Positions 48,671-58,693 of a stretch of DNA of 64,000 nucleotides are shown here, in pieces. The translations under genes were made by a program, and so were the position numbers. A model generated the notes under the pieces. The model made no database searches. It was given only the letters and a program-made list of their open reading frames with translations, and was not told where the DNA came from. The DNA is taken from contig OZ242260.1 in the NCBI GenBank assembly GCA_965207065.1, positions 2,400,001 through 2,464,000 of the forward strand, in the 5' to 3' direction. Source of the stretch: a bacterium (GTDB taxonomy: Bacteria; UBA8248). Each line of letters begins with the position of its first letter. The first letter of the stretch is position 1.

Positions 48671-49111
48671 ATGGAGAGAGAACCATTGTCTGACCCGAGA
48701 GGACGCCCGGATGCGGATGGCTGTTTCGTATGCGGCCCCGCGAACCCGATTGGCCTGAAAATCACTTTCCGGCTCGATGGCGACGTCTGCCGCGCCGAGT
48801 TCACGCCTGAGTCCGTCCACCAGGGCTACGACGGCGTGACGCACGGTGGCATTGTCTTCAGCGTTCTCGATGACGTGATGGCGAACTGGCTTTTCCTCAA
48901 AGGGATGCGCGCCTACTCGGCGAGAAGCGAAATCCGCTATCGCGACCCCCTCCCGGTCGGCACTCCCTTGCTGCTCGAAGGAAGGCTGAAGAAGAAAAAA
49001 GGCAGGTTCGTCGTCCTGGAAGGAAAGGCGATCAGGGCGGAAGACGGCCGGCCCGTCGCCGAGGCGGAGAGCACGTTTCATGTCGTGGAAGAGGAGGCGG
49101 AGGGTCCATGA
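48671..49111 (+). CDS. PaaI-family hot-dog thioesterase
   Basis: [28 protein letters not shown]. Confidence 0.88.
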   Translation: MEREPLSDPRGRPDADGCFVCGPANPIGLKITFRLDGDVCRAEFTPESVHQGYDGVTHGGIVFSVLDDVMANWLFLKGMRAYSARSEIRYRDPLPVGTPLLLEGRLKKKKGRFVVLEGKAIRAEDGRPVAEAESTFHVVEEEAEGP

Positions 49112-50223
49112 GAATCGGGCTGCTCAGGGAAATCAAACAGGATGAATACAGGGTCGCCTTGACGCCTGGCGCGGTGGAGGCTCTCGCCGAGGCGGGCCAC
49201 GCCGTGATGGTGGAAAAAGGCGCCGGTCTCGACGCCGGCATAGCGGATGCGGAATACGAGGCGGTGGGTGCGCGGGTCGTTTCAACAGCCGAGGAACTCT
49301 GGGCGGAAGGGGAGATGGTCGTCAAGGTCAAGGAACCCCTGGAGCCGGAGTTTCCGCTGATGCGCGAGGGGCAGATTCTGTTCGCTTTTTTGCATCTGGC
49401 CGCCTGCCAGCCCCTTGCGCGCGCGCTGGCTGAGAGCGGAACCTACGGCGTCGCGTTCGAGACGGTCACTTCGCCCGATGGCGTTTTGCCCATCTTGCAG
49501 CCCATGAGCGAGATAGCGGGCAGGATGGCGGTTCAGGAAGGAGCCAAGTATCTCGGGAAAAACCTGGGGGGACGCGGCGTATTGCTGGCCGGGGCACCGG
49601 GCGTTCCCCGGGGGAACGTGGTCATCCTCGGAGCGGGCATCGTGGGAAAGAACGCGGCAAAAATAGCGGTCGGCATGCACGCGGGCGTCACGGTGTTCGA
49701 CATTAATCATGCGCGTCTCGAGTATATCGACGATATTTTCGATGGCCGGGTCAAGACGCTGGTGTCCACGCGTTTCACCATACGTGAAGCCCTGCGCGAG
49801 GCGGATCTGGTCATCGGCGCCGTTCTGGTGCCGGGCGGGCGCACGCCGGTTCTGGTGTCGCGCGAGATGCTGCAGGAGATGAACGCAGGCGCCGTCATCG
49901 TGGACGTGGCGGTGGATCAGGGCGGCTGCGTGGAGACGATACGCCCCACCTACCATTCGGATCCCACCTACCTCGTCGACGGCGTCGTCCACTACGGCGT
50001 GGCGAACATGCCGGGGGTCGTCCCCCGCACGAGCACCATCGCGCTCTCGAACGCGGTGCTGCCCTATGTCCTGGAACTGGCCAACTCAGGCTTGAAAGAA
50101 GCGGTTGCGCGCAATCCGCACCTCGCAGATGGCCTGAACGTGGCCGAAGGGCGCATCACCCACGCGGGCGTGGCGCAAGCCCTGGGCATGGTGGGCGCAA
50201 ATGTGCGGGAAGAGTTCGACTAG
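49108..50223 (+). CDS. ald: Alanine dehydrogenase
   Basis: [45 protein letters not shown]. Confidence 0.95.
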   Translation: MRIGLLREIKQDEYRVALTPGAVEALAEAGHAVMVEKGAGLDAGIADAEYEAVGARVVSTAEELWAEGEMVVKVKEPLEPEFPLMREGQILFAFLHLAACQPLARALAESGTYGVAFETVTSPDGVLPILQPMSEIAGRMAVQEGAKYLGKNLGGRGVLLAGAPGVPRGNVVILGAGIVGKNAAKIAVGMHAGVTVFDINHARLEYIDDIFDGRVKTLVSTRFTIREALREADLVIGAVLVPGGRTPVLVSREMLQEMNAGAVIVDVAVDQGGCVETIRPTYHSDPTYLVDGVVHYGVANMPGVVPRTSTIALSNAVLPYVLELANSGLKEAVARNPHLADGLNVAEGRITHAGVAQALGMVGANVREEFD

Positions 50224-50927
50224 GCTGGTTCTGCAATTGTAACGGTTGCGTTTTCGGATGATTTCTTGATGAGGTCCAGCACGAAATTCCCCTGAATTTC
50301 CAGGTGTCTGATCACCAGGCGCTCGGCGCTTCTTCCGTCGCTATCGATAATGGCCTGGAGTATTTCCTCATGTTCGGCCATGGAATTTTCGAGACGTCCG
50401 GGCGCGTGTAGCGTCACCACACGGGTCTTCATGATCTGCTGCCTCAGGTTCTCGATGAGTCCCTGGAGTCTCGAGTTCTCGCAAGCGCTCGTGATGTGGC
50501 GGTGAAAATCGCGGTTGGCCGCCCAGTAGGCATCCACCTCGCCGCGCTCATAGTGGTGCTTCAACTGCTCGAATAATTCATGGAGCGTTTCGTTCGTCCT
50601 GCCTTCGCGGAGGTTCGGGGTCGCGAGGCGCGTGGCGAGTCCCTCAAGCACGCTGGTGATGGCGTAGATGTCCAGAACCTCATCCTCGCTCACGAGGCTC
50701 ACGTGCGCCCCCTTGTGTGGTACGACGGTGATGTAGCCTTCCGCCGCGAGTTCCCGGAAGGCTTCTCGGAGCGGGGTTCTGCTCACGCCCATCGATTCGG
50801 TGAGCGTCGTTTCGACCAGCTTGTCCCCCGGCTGGAAGATGCCGCTCAGGATGGCGTCTTTAATTTGTTCCGACACCATCTTGCTCAGGGATTTGGGTTT
50901 TTCGATCTGGACGCCAGGTATCCGCAA
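50220..50927 (-). CDS. GntR-family (FadR/FCD) transcriptional regulator
   Basis: GVSRTPLREA HTH; FCD N..FH and EH..I motifs. Confidence 0.93.
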   Translation of the reverse strand: MRIPGVQIEKPKSLSKMVSEQIKDAILSGIFQPGDKLVETTLTESMGVSRTPLREAFRELAAEGYITVVPHKGAHVSLVSEDEVLDIYAITSVLEGLATRLATPNLREGRTNETLHELFEQLKHHYERGEVDAYWAANRDFHRHITSACENSRLQGLIENLRQQIMKTRVVTLHAPGRLENSMAEHEEILQAIIDSDGRSAERLVIRHLEIQGNFVLDLIKKSSENATVTIAEPA

Positions 50928-51007
50928 CTCAATTCCCCCATGAGCCCTTACACGGGATCAACGCTCTGATGCCGGAGTAATTCGTGAAGATGTTCATCTC
51001 TCCTGCC

Positions 51008-52198
51008 TCACACCACGCTTTTTTCCCGAAGCGCCTTTCTTTGCGCCTCATCCATGCCGAGGACGGATTCGAGCACCTCGTCGGTGTGCTGTCCCAGCGT
51101 GGGCGGCGGCGTGCGCACGGCGCCCGGGGTCTCGGATAGCTTGATGGGCACGCCGGTCACCTTCGTGGGGCCGGCGACGGGCACGTCGACGTCCACCACC
51201 ATCTCGCGCGCGAGAATCTGAGGCTCGTTCAGCACCTGTTCGAGATTGTTGATCGGGCCGCACGGGACGCCCGCGCTCCGCAGGGCATCGAGCGTTTCTC
51301 CCACCGTCTTCTCCGCGAAGAAGGCGTCGAGAATCTCCTGGAGCTCCAGGCGGTTGTCCACCCTGTCCTTGTTGATGGCGAATTTGGGGTCTTCCTTGAT
51401 GTGCCCCAGCCCCATCGCGTCGCAGAACCTGCGCCACAGGCTGTCGTTGCCCACGCCCAGGTTGAAGTATCCGTCCCTGCACTCATAGGTCTCATACGGC
51501 GTGATGGAAGGATGCTTGTTCCCCCGCCTGGGCGGAAGCTTTCCGGTTCCGAAGTAGTTGTTCGCGTGGTAGGTGAGCAGGGCCACCTGCCCGTCGAGCA
51601 TACCGACGTCGACCATCTGCCCCACGCCCGTTTTCTCGCGGTGGTAGAGGGAGAGCAGAATTCCCTGGGCGGCGAGCATTCCCGCCGTGATGTCCGCGAT
51701 GGATGCGCCTACCTTGCTGGGCGGAGCGTCGGGCTCTCCGGTGATGCTCATGATTCCGCCTTCGCCCTGGATGACCACGTCGAAGCCGGGCTCGCTTTTC
51801 CGGGGGCCGGTCTGGCCGAAGCCTGATAGCGAGGCGAATATCATCGCGGGGTTGATGCGGTGGATCTCCTCCCAGGGAAAGCCGAGTTTCTCCAGCGCTC
51901 CGGGCCTGAAATTCTCCACCATGACGTCGCTGTTGCGAATCAGATCGCGCAGAAGCTCCTTGCCGCGCTCGTCCTTCAGGTTGAGCGTGAGGCTTTTCTT
52001 GTTGCGGTTAATCGAGATGAAGTACGTGCTCACCCCGTTCAGAAATGGAGGACCCCAGCCTCGTGTGTCGTCCCCGCCGTCGGGATTTTCGATCTTGATG
52101 ATTTCCGCGCCCATATCGCCCAGCATCATGGTGCAATACGGGCCTGCGAGAATTCGCGTCAGGTCGACTACCCGGATGCCTTCCAGTGGTCCAGCCAT
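51008..52198 (-). CDS. Class III CoA-transferase (CaiB/BaiF family)
   Basis: PLEGIRVVDL, AGPYC, NRNKKS, ENFRPG, SGFGQTGP. Confidence 0.95.
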   Translation of the reverse strand: MAGPLEGIRVVDLTRILAGPYCTMMLGDMGAEIIKIENPDGGDDTRGWGPPFLNGVSTYFISINRNKKSLTLNLKDERGKELLRDLIRNSDVMVENFRPGALEKLGFPWEEIHRINPAMIFASLSGFGQTGPRKSEPGFDVVIQGEGGIMSITGEPDAPPSKVGASIADITAGMLAAQGILLSLYHREKTGVGQMVDVGMLDGQVALLTYHANNYFGTGKLPPRRGNKHPSITPYETYECRDGYFNLGVGNDSLWRRFCDAMGLGHIKEDPKFAINKDRVDNRLELQEILDAFFAEKTVGETLDALRSAGVPCGPINNLEQVLNEPQILAREMVVDVDVPVAGPTKVTGVPIKLSETPGAVRTPPPTLGQHTDEVLESVLGMDEAQRKALREKSVV

Positions 52199-52211
52199 GA
52201 AGTTCTCTCCG

Positions 52212-53335
52212 TCAGGTTCGGATGAGTGAAATCAGCACGCCGGCCGCTATCGCCGAGCCGATGACGCCCGCCACGTTGGGGCCCATCGCGTGCATGAGCA
52301 GAAAATTCCCCGGATTCTCGTCGGCGCCCACCTTCTGGACGACGCGGGCCGCCATGGGAACCGCGCTCACGCCCGCCGCGCCGATGAGGGGGTTGATCGG
52401 CGTGCTGCTGAACGCGGCCATGATCTTGCCGAAGATCACGCCGGTGGCCGTACCGATGCCGAAGGCGATGAAGCCGAGCAGGAGAATGCCGATGGTTTCC
52501 CACTTGAGGAAAGTCTCGGCCGTCATCGAAGCGCCCACGGAGACGCCGAGGAATATCGTGACGATGTTGAGCAGCGCGTCTTCGGAGGTCTTCAGGAGCC
52601 GCTCGACCACTCCGCATTCGCGGAAGAGGTTCCCGAGCATGAGCATCCCGATGAGGGGCGCCGCCGAGGGGAGCAGGAGGCCCGTGAGCAGCGTCGTGAT
52701 GATGGAAACAGGATGCGTACGGGCTTTTCGATATCTTTTAGCTGCATCATCTCCCGCGAGCGCTCCTCGCTGCTGGTGAGCGCTTTCATGATGGGAGGCT
52801 GGATCATCGGCACGAGCGCCATGTAGCTGTAGGCGGCCACGGCGATGGGACCGAGCAGGTGCGGCGCCAGCTTGGACGCGGTGTAGATGGCCGTGGGGCC
52901 GTCCGCCCCGCCGATGATGCCGATGGCGCCGGCTTCCGAGAGGTTGAAGCCCAGGAATATGCTCCCGAGCAGGGTGGCGAAGATGCCGAACTGCGCCGCC
53001 GCTCCCAGGAGCAGCGTCTTGGGGTTCGCCAGCAGCGGGCCGAAATCCGTGAGCGCCCCGATGCCCATGAAGATCAGGGGCGGAAATATGCCCGCCTTCA
53101 CCCCGAAGTAGAAGTATTGGATGAGGCCGCCTGTATCGAAAATGCCGGTTTCAGGCAGGTTCGAGAGCAGCATGCCGAACCCGATGGGCACCAGGAGCAG
53201 GGGCTCGAAGCCCTTCTGGATGGCCAGGTAGAGCAGAAGGCATGAAATCGCGAGCATGAGGACGTCGCCGAAACCCAGTGACGAAAACCCGGTGAGGGAG
53301 ATGAATTCGGCGACCGAAGAGAACAGTTGGCTCAT
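52212..53335 (-). pseudogene. Na+-translocating decarboxylase beta subunit (OadB/MmdB-like); 1-nt deletion near 52704 (pseudogene or sequencing error)
   Basis: [10 protein letters not shown] and [11 protein letters not shown] in one frame; [18 protein letters not shown] and [13 protein letters not shown] in another; span is 1124 nt = 3n-1. Confidence 0.85.
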
Positions 53336-53739
53336 GAGATCTCCATGAGCAATTGAGAGGCTTCCACCTTATCGCCCTTGTGCACATGAACCGCCTGAAC
53401 CGTACAATCGGAATCCGCCCGGATCACGTTTTCCATCTTCATGGCTTCCAACACCAAAAGCGTATCCCCGGCGCGCGCCGAATCGCCCGGGGCCACCGCG
53501 ACGGACAAGACCACGCCCGGCAGGGGGGCGAGTATCTTCCCGCCGGCGCTCGTCGCCTTGGGGGCGGGTTTGCGCGCGGCGGATGGACGGGGAGCGGAGG
53601 GTGCGGCCTTCTCCTCTTCTTCCACCTGGACGCGATGTGTCTGCCCGTCTACCGTGACCTCGAGTTCGCTCGAGCCGGGGCCACGCTCGACGCTCACCGC
53701 GTAGCGTTTCCCGTTGATGGTCAGATGGAAATTTCTCAC
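53332..53739 (-). CDS. Biotin carboxyl carrier subunit (MmdC-like)
   Basis: EAMKM biotinylation motif, Ala/Pro linker. Confidence 0.93.
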   Translation of the reverse strand: MRNFHLTINGKRYAVSVERGPGSSELEVTVDGQTHRVQVEEEEKAAPSAPRPSAARKPAPKATSAGGKILAPLPGVVLSVAVAPGDSARAGDTLLVLEAMKMENVIRADSDCTVQAVHVHKGDKVEASQLLMEIS

Positions 53740-54056
53740 CGACGCCTCCGCTGGCTGAGATGTCCTGCACGGGCGGTTCGCGCCCAGACGGAATTTGCAT
53801 TCCGGCGCACCGGGGGCACGTATACCTCGGGCGCTTCTGTTTCCAGAAAGTAACCGGCGGCGGCAGCCAAGACGACGTCCAGGTCGTCGTTCTCAGGCGT
53901 TGTTTCGGTCTCCTCCGCGTCCGCACCGGCTTTCCGCCGCCCGGAGCCTACGAATCTCTCCAGAAGCAGGATGACCACCATCAGCACGACCAGGGAGCCG
54001 AAGACGACGCCCATGCCGATGGTCGTCAGCAAGATTCCGGGTATGAATGAATCCAC
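53736..54056 (-). CDS. OadG/MmdD-family membrane anchor subunit
   Basis: GMGVVF..L TM, VLAAAA, W...AR motif; operon context. Confidence 0.85.
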   Translation of the reverse strand: MDSFIPGILLTTIGMGVVFGSLVVLMVVILLLERFVGSGRRKAGADAEETETTPENDDLDVVLAAAAGYFLETEAPEVYVPPVRRNANSVWARTARAGHLSQRRRR

Positions 54057-54072
54057 GGGGAAATCCTTATCC

Positions 54073-55635
54073 TTACAGCGGAATGTTTCCGTGTTTTTTT
54101 TCCGGCCGCACCTCGCGCTTGTGCGCGGTCATCTCGAGAGCCCGGATGAGCGCGCCCCGCGTGTGGCGCGGCTCGATGATGACGTCCACGAGACCGTATT
54201 TCGCGGCCGTGTAGGGCTTGGCGAAAAGCCTGCGGTATTCCTCTATCTTCTCCCCGCGGACCTTGTCGGGGTCCTCGGCCTCGCCGATCTCGCGCCGGAA
54301 GATGATGTTGGCTGCGCCCTCGGGACCCATCACGGCGATCTCCGCGAACGGATACGCGAGAACGCGGTCGTAGCCCAGTCCGAACCCGCTCATCGCGATG
54401 TAGGCGCCGCCGTAGCTCTTGCGGACGATCAAGGCGATTTTCGGCACGTTCGCCTCGCTGTAGGCGAAGAGCACCTTGGCCCCGTGGCGGATGACGCCGC
54501 CGTATTCCTGCTGGGTGCCGGGCAGATAGCCGGGCACGTCCACGAAGTTGACAAGGGGCAGGTTGAAGGCGTCGCAGAAGCGCACGAAGCGCGCGAGCTT
54601 GTCGGAGCTGTCGATGTCCAGGACGCCGGCCAGGTGCGTGGGCTGGTTTCCCACGACGCCGACGGGTCTTCCCTTGAGACGCGCGAACCCGACGACGATG
54701 TTTTTGGCGAATTCCGCATGGACCTCCAGGAAATCGCCGTCGTCGAAGACGTTTGTCACCAGGTCGCGGACGTCGTAGGCGGTTGTGGCTTCCGCGGGGA
54801 CGATGCCGTCGAGCTCGGGGTTTTCATCCGATGGCCACTCGCGCGTATCGGACAGGGGAGGATCGTCGAGGTTGTTCGAGGGGAGGAAGGAGAGCAGTTT
54901 TTTCACCATCTCGAAGCATTCGCGCTCGTCTGTGGCGAGAAAATGCGCGTTCCCGCTCGTCGAGCAATGCACCGCGCCGCCGCCCAGCTCCTCGACGGAT
55001 ACGTCCTCTCCCGTCACCGCCTTGATGACTTCCGGCCCGGTGATGAACATCTTGCTCAGCCCGTCGACCATGAAGACGAAGTCCGTGATGGCGGGTGAGT
55101 AGACGGCCCCTCCCGCGCAGGGACCGACGATGATCGAAATCTGGGGAATCACGCCCGACGCCTGGGTGTTGTTGTGGAAGATTTGCGCGTAGCCGTGAAG
55201 CGCCAGGACGCCCTCCTGGATACGCGCGCCGCCCGAATCGAGAATGGTGACAATGGGCGCGCCCGCCTTCATGGCGAGTTCCTGCATCTTCACGATTTTT
55301 TCGGCGTGCATCTCTCCGAGCGAACCGCCGAGGGCCCCGAAATCCTGTGAGGCCACGAACACGAGTTGGCCGTTCACGTGTCCGCTGCCGGTGATGACGC
55401 CGTCGCCTGGGGACCGCCGCGCATCCATCCCGAAATCCGTCGAGCGCGTCTCCACGAAGAGGTTGAGTTCCGAGAAGCTGTCGGGGTCGAGCAGGAGGTC
55501 GATGCGCTCCCTGGCGGTCAGCTTGCCCTGCTTGTGCTGGCGCTCTCTCGCCGCCTTGCCGCCGAGCGCCTGCGCCTTGGAGGTGAGCGCTTTCAGTTCA
55601 TCGATGGGATCTGGTCGTTCCGACTCGGGCGGCAA
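54073..55635 (-). CDS. Acyl-CoA carboxyltransferase (methylmalonyl-CoA decarboxylase alpha / PccB-like)
   Basis: GKLTARERI, DSGGARIQEG, GPCAGGAVYSPA, RKSYGGA, KKHGNIPL; TTG start with AGGAG RBS. Confidence 0.95.
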   Translation of the reverse strand: MPPESERPDPIDELKALTSKAQALGGKAARERQHKQGKLTARERIDLLLDPDSFSELNLFVETRSTDFGMDARRSPGDGVITGSGHVNGQLVFVASQDFGALGGSLGEMHAEKIVKMQELAMKAGAPIVTILDSGGARIQEGVLALHGYAQIFHNNTQASGVIPQISIIVGPCAGGAVYSPAITDFVFMVDGLSKMFITGPEVIKAVTGEDVSVEELGGGAVHCSTSGNAHFLATDERECFEMVKKLLSFLPSNNLDDPPLSDTREWPSDENPELDGIVPAEATTAYDVRDLVTNVFDDGDFLEVHAEFAKNIVVGFARLKGRPVGVVGNQPTHLAGVLDIDSSDKLARFVRFCDAFNLPLVNFVDVPGYLPGTQQEYGGVIRHGAKVLFAYSEANVPKIALIVRKSYGGAYIAMSGFGLGYDRVLAYPFAEIAVMGPEGAANIIFRREIGEAEDPDKVRGEKIEEYRRLFAKPYTAAKYGLVDVIIEPRHTRGALIRALEMTAHKREVRPEKKHGNIPL

Positions 55636-55657
55636 CGTTCTTCTCCTGAAAATGTAT

Positions 55658-55669
55658 ATTGCATACAAT
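55658..55669. promoter_or_regulatory. Candidate GntR operator
   Basis: Near-palindrome ATTGTATGCAAT (minus strand) 16 bp downstream of TTGACT (55691-55686). Confidence 0.55.
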
Positions 55670-55881
55670 CAGCTTTGAGCCGCAAAGTCAAGGGTTTTCA
55701 AGAGCCTTGGGAGATGTTCTTGGGGAAAAACCGGCGCGGCGGGGGGTCAACCCCGACTGAGGAAGGAGGGGCTGAACGACCGGGGAGGGAGGAGGTATTA
55801 TTCCTCCTGCAGAGTGTCAACAAAACACTCCCCCTTGAGGGTTGTTGGAAAAGCCCCTCCTCGCTCGGAATTGATCTACGC

Positions 55882-56024
55882 CGTCATTCCGGCGAAAGCC
55901 GGAATCCATTCTAATGCAGAATGACGATGTTCCGGCTTTTCATCTCCCCGTCATTGGCGGGAACCAATCAGAAAAGAAAAAAACAAAGGCAAACAAATGG
56001 ATTCCGGCTTTCGCCGGAATGACG
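55882..56024. repeat. Inverted pair of CGTC-type REP palindromes
   Basis: CGTCATTCCGGCGAAAGCCGGAATCCA (55882-55908) and its exact reverse complement (55998-56024). Confidence 0.88.
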
Positions 56025-56053
56025 ATGCGTTTGCTTGGTCGATAAACAAGAAT

Positions 56054-56081
56054 GTAGGGACAGGTCGCGACCTGTCCCTAC
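56054..56081. repeat. GTAG-type REP palindrome
   Basis: Identical to 2719-2746. Confidence 0.85.
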
Positions 56082-56380
56082 CAAAACATAATCGCTCGCT
56101 CCTCGGAGGGGGGACGACACCGGAATGACGAACAAAACTGTATTCACACGTAGCCGGGCGGCCCCCTATCGCCGCCCGTATCGGATATGTCCATCCCTGT
56201 GGTTGCGCTTCACAGGGGCAGGCACGGGAGCAGGACAACCCCTCATCGGGGTTGTCACTACGGTCTTTATATATGGTTGTAGCGCAAGGGCCGTTCGCGA
56301 ACGTGGGGCGTTCATAAACGCCCCGCCCCGGAGAAACAAGCGTTTCACGAAGCACACACACGCCATCCGCAGGCGTCGCC

Positions 56381-57304
56381 TCAGGATGCCATTTCCCATT
56401 CGGGGATGCCTGCGTGGAGGAGTTGCCCCGGCAACTGGCGATCCAGGATTTTCTCCGCGTGGGCGACGGCTTCCAGGAGTTTCGGCAGGTCGACCCCGGT
56501 ATCGACCCCCATCTCGTGCAGCATGTTGATCGTGTCCTCGCTCGAGATGTTGCCTGTGGCGCGTGGGGCGAAGGGGCAGCCGCCCAGGCCGCCGATGGAG
56601 GTGTCGAACGTATCGACGCCGACTTCCAGACCCGCAAGCAGGTTGGCGAGGCCGGCTCCCCTCGTGTTGTGGAGGTGGAGCGCGTAGCGGACGGAGGGGA
56701 ATTTGTCGCGGATGTGATTGGTGAGCCTCTTGATTTCGGCCGGGTTCGACATGCCCACGGTGTCGGCCAGGCCGATCTCCGCACAGCCCATGTCCACGTA
56801 TTCGCCGACCACCCACTCGACGTCCTCGTAGGAGATGCGCCCCTCATACGGGCAGCCGAAGGTGGCGACCACGCCGCCCCTGAGCTTGAGCCCCGCATCC
56901 AGCGCCATCCTGGCCACTTCGCGGGCGACGCCGAGCATTTCCTCCCGGCTCGCGCGGATGTTCTTCAGGTTGAACGTCTCGCTGGCGGCGACGAACAGCA
57001 TGACGCCGTCCAGATCGCATTCGAGCGCGCGCTCCATGCCCCGGACATTGGGGACCAGGGCTTCGTACTCGGCGTGGGGGCTGCGCTTGCAACCCGCCAG
57101 CACCTCCTGCGCGTCCCGAAGCTGCGGGACGTGTTTGGGGCTCACGAAACTCGTCACCTCGATGCGGCGGACGCCCGCGTCGGTGATGGTGTCCAGAAGC
57201 CTTATCTTGTCCTCGGGCGTGATGTACTGCTTTTCGTTCTGGAGGCCGTCCCGCGTGCCTACCTCGACGATATCGACCTTCGTGGGGAGACTCATCGCAT
57301 TCAT
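56381..57304 (-). CDS. Hydroxymethylglutaryl-CoA lyase family (DRE-TIM) enzyme
   Basis: EVGTRDGLQNE, SFVSPK.VPQ, HLHNTRG, GGLGGCPFAP.ATGN. Confidence 0.93.
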   Translation of the reverse strand: MNAMSLPTKVDIVEVGTRDGLQNEKQYITPEDKIRLLDTITDAGVRRIEVTSFVSPKHVPQLRDAQEVLAGCKRSPHAEYEALVPNVRGMERALECDLDGVMLFVAASETFNLKNIRASREEMLGVAREVARMALDAGLKLRGGVVATFGCPYEGRISYEDVEWVVGEYVDMGCAEIGLADTVGMSNPAEIKRLTNHIRDKFPSVRYALHLHNTRGAGLANLLAGLEVGVDTFDTSIGGLGGCPFAPRATGNISSEDTINMLHEMGVDTGVDLPKLLEAVAHAEKILDRQLPGQLLHAGIPEWEMAS

Positions 57305-57334
57305 TCTCCTGCGTAAGTTAAAGGTTTGATTCCG

Positions 57335-58438
57335 CTATACGGCATCCCTCGCCATCTTCTCGACACGCGCGGGGATGCCTTTGGCTCCGTGTCCGGCCGC
57401 ATCCGCCAGCGTGAACTCGCCGCCCGAAATGGAGTGGCTCCACTCGGCGTAAGGTTCCTCATTAAGCAGATGGGCGAGTTCTTGCGCCCTGTCCGCGGTC
57501 TCGAGCGAGAGGGCGAGGGCGAAGCCCGCCGATTTGGCGATGTAGGATTCATAGGGAGAGCTGAGCAGGGCGGGCTTGCCTGCGCCGTCGAACACCCGCG
57601 CCACCTCCCAGGCGTTCCGGGGACCGCCGAATTTCGCGATCTTGATGACGGCGACGTCAACGGCATCCGCGTCGACGAGGCGGCGCGCGTCGTCGATGGA
57701 GAAGAGCGATTCATCCAGGGCGACCTGCATCCCCCGGGCGCGGATTTCCCTGAACACGTCGAGGCATTTTTCTTCTGAGGGAAGCACGGGCTGCTCGAAG
57801 TGCTCGAGGCCGATCGCGATCATCCTGTCCGTGAAGCGCAGGGCCTCCTCGGGCGTGAACCCGCCATTGGCATCCGTCCTCAGCTTGATGCCGGGTCCGA
57901 ACCGCTCGCGCAGCCTTTCGATGCGCTCGGCGTCCGCCTCCATATCGACGCCCGATTTCACCTTGAGGGTCCTGACTCCTTGCGCCACGAGCGGTTCGGC
58001 CTTCCTGACGGCTTCATCGGGAGGGAGGAGGCCGATGGGGGCGTCGAGCGTGACGGCGTTTCTCTTGTGCCCGCCGAAGACCTGTGAGAAGGGCGCCTGG
58101 CTGGTTTTGGTGGACAGGTCGACCGCGGCGATTTCGAGAGCGGTGCGCGCGGCGCCCATTCCCTTGAAATCCACCGTCTCATCGAACGCGGCGAGCAGCT
58201 CATCCGCTTCCATTCCCCGTATGCGGGGGGCGGATTCGCGGAGTACGGCCGCCATCTCCGAGCCGGTATCTTTGGTGATGTACATCAGAGGCGCCGCCTC
58301 GCCCCAGCCTTCCAATCCTTCGTCGTTCGTTAGGCGGACCACGACGCGCTCAAGCAAAGACGCGCCCCCGTAGCGGTTCCTGGATCCCTGATCGACTTCC
58401 ACGGCGGTATCCCAGACCGTTATCTCCTGAATCGGCAT
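57335..58438 (-). CDS. Enolase superfamily, muconate-lactonizing enzyme / dipeptide epimerase subgroup
   Basis: GWGEAAP, KVK, DAN, EQP, DES and second Lys (IKIAK). Confidence 0.88.
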   Translation of the reverse strand: MPIQEITVWDTAVEVDQGSRNRYGGASLLERVVVRLTNDEGLEGWGEAAPLMYITKDTGSEMAAVLRESAPRIRGMEADELLAAFDETVDFKGMGAARTALEIAAVDLSTKTSQAPFSQVFGGHKRNAVTLDAPIGLLPPDEAVRKAEPLVAQGVRTLKVKSGVDMEADAERIERLRERFGPGIKLRTDANGGFTPEEALRFTDRMIAIGLEHFEQPVLPSEEKCLDVFREIRARGMQVALDESLFSIDDARRLVDADAVDVAVIKIAKFGGPRNAWEVARVFDGAGKPALLSSPYESYIAKSAGFALALSLETADRAQELAHLLNEEPYAEWSHSISGGEFTLADAAGHGAKGIPARVEKMARDAV

Positions 58439-58559
58439 GAACGTATCTCCTGTGTGAACGGAAGGCCGGGGCCTTGTTGATTGAGGGGTTTTTGAAAAAG
58501 CCTTTACTCTTATGATTCGGGGTATGTAGCCGACCGGGTAGGGCGTTCGACTCTGATTT

Positions 58560-58693
58560 GTAGGAGTCGCATATATGCGACCCATGCGGACGAACCAAAA
58601 CCACGCTCATGGCAATATCCCCCCGCCCGAATCGCGTCCATGACCCCCAAAGGGCGGATATCAAATCATGGGTCGCATATATGCGACCCCTAC
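58560..58693. repeat. GTAG-type REP doublet
   Basis: GTCGCATATATGCGAC cores; GTAG at the left end, CTAC at the right end. Confidence 0.85.

Noticed and set aside
52592-52712. Programmed ribosomal frameshift in the beta subunit
   Set aside because: No canonical slippery site or known precedent; a 1-nt indel is the simpler explanation
55951-56529. ORFs crossing the REP-filled spacer (also 63500-63905, and the N-terminal extensions of the 57335..58585 and 60603..61421 ORFs)
   Set aside because: Their peptides (GRIYATPT, RDRSRPVPT) are translations of REP palindromes; better RBS-supported starts exist downstream
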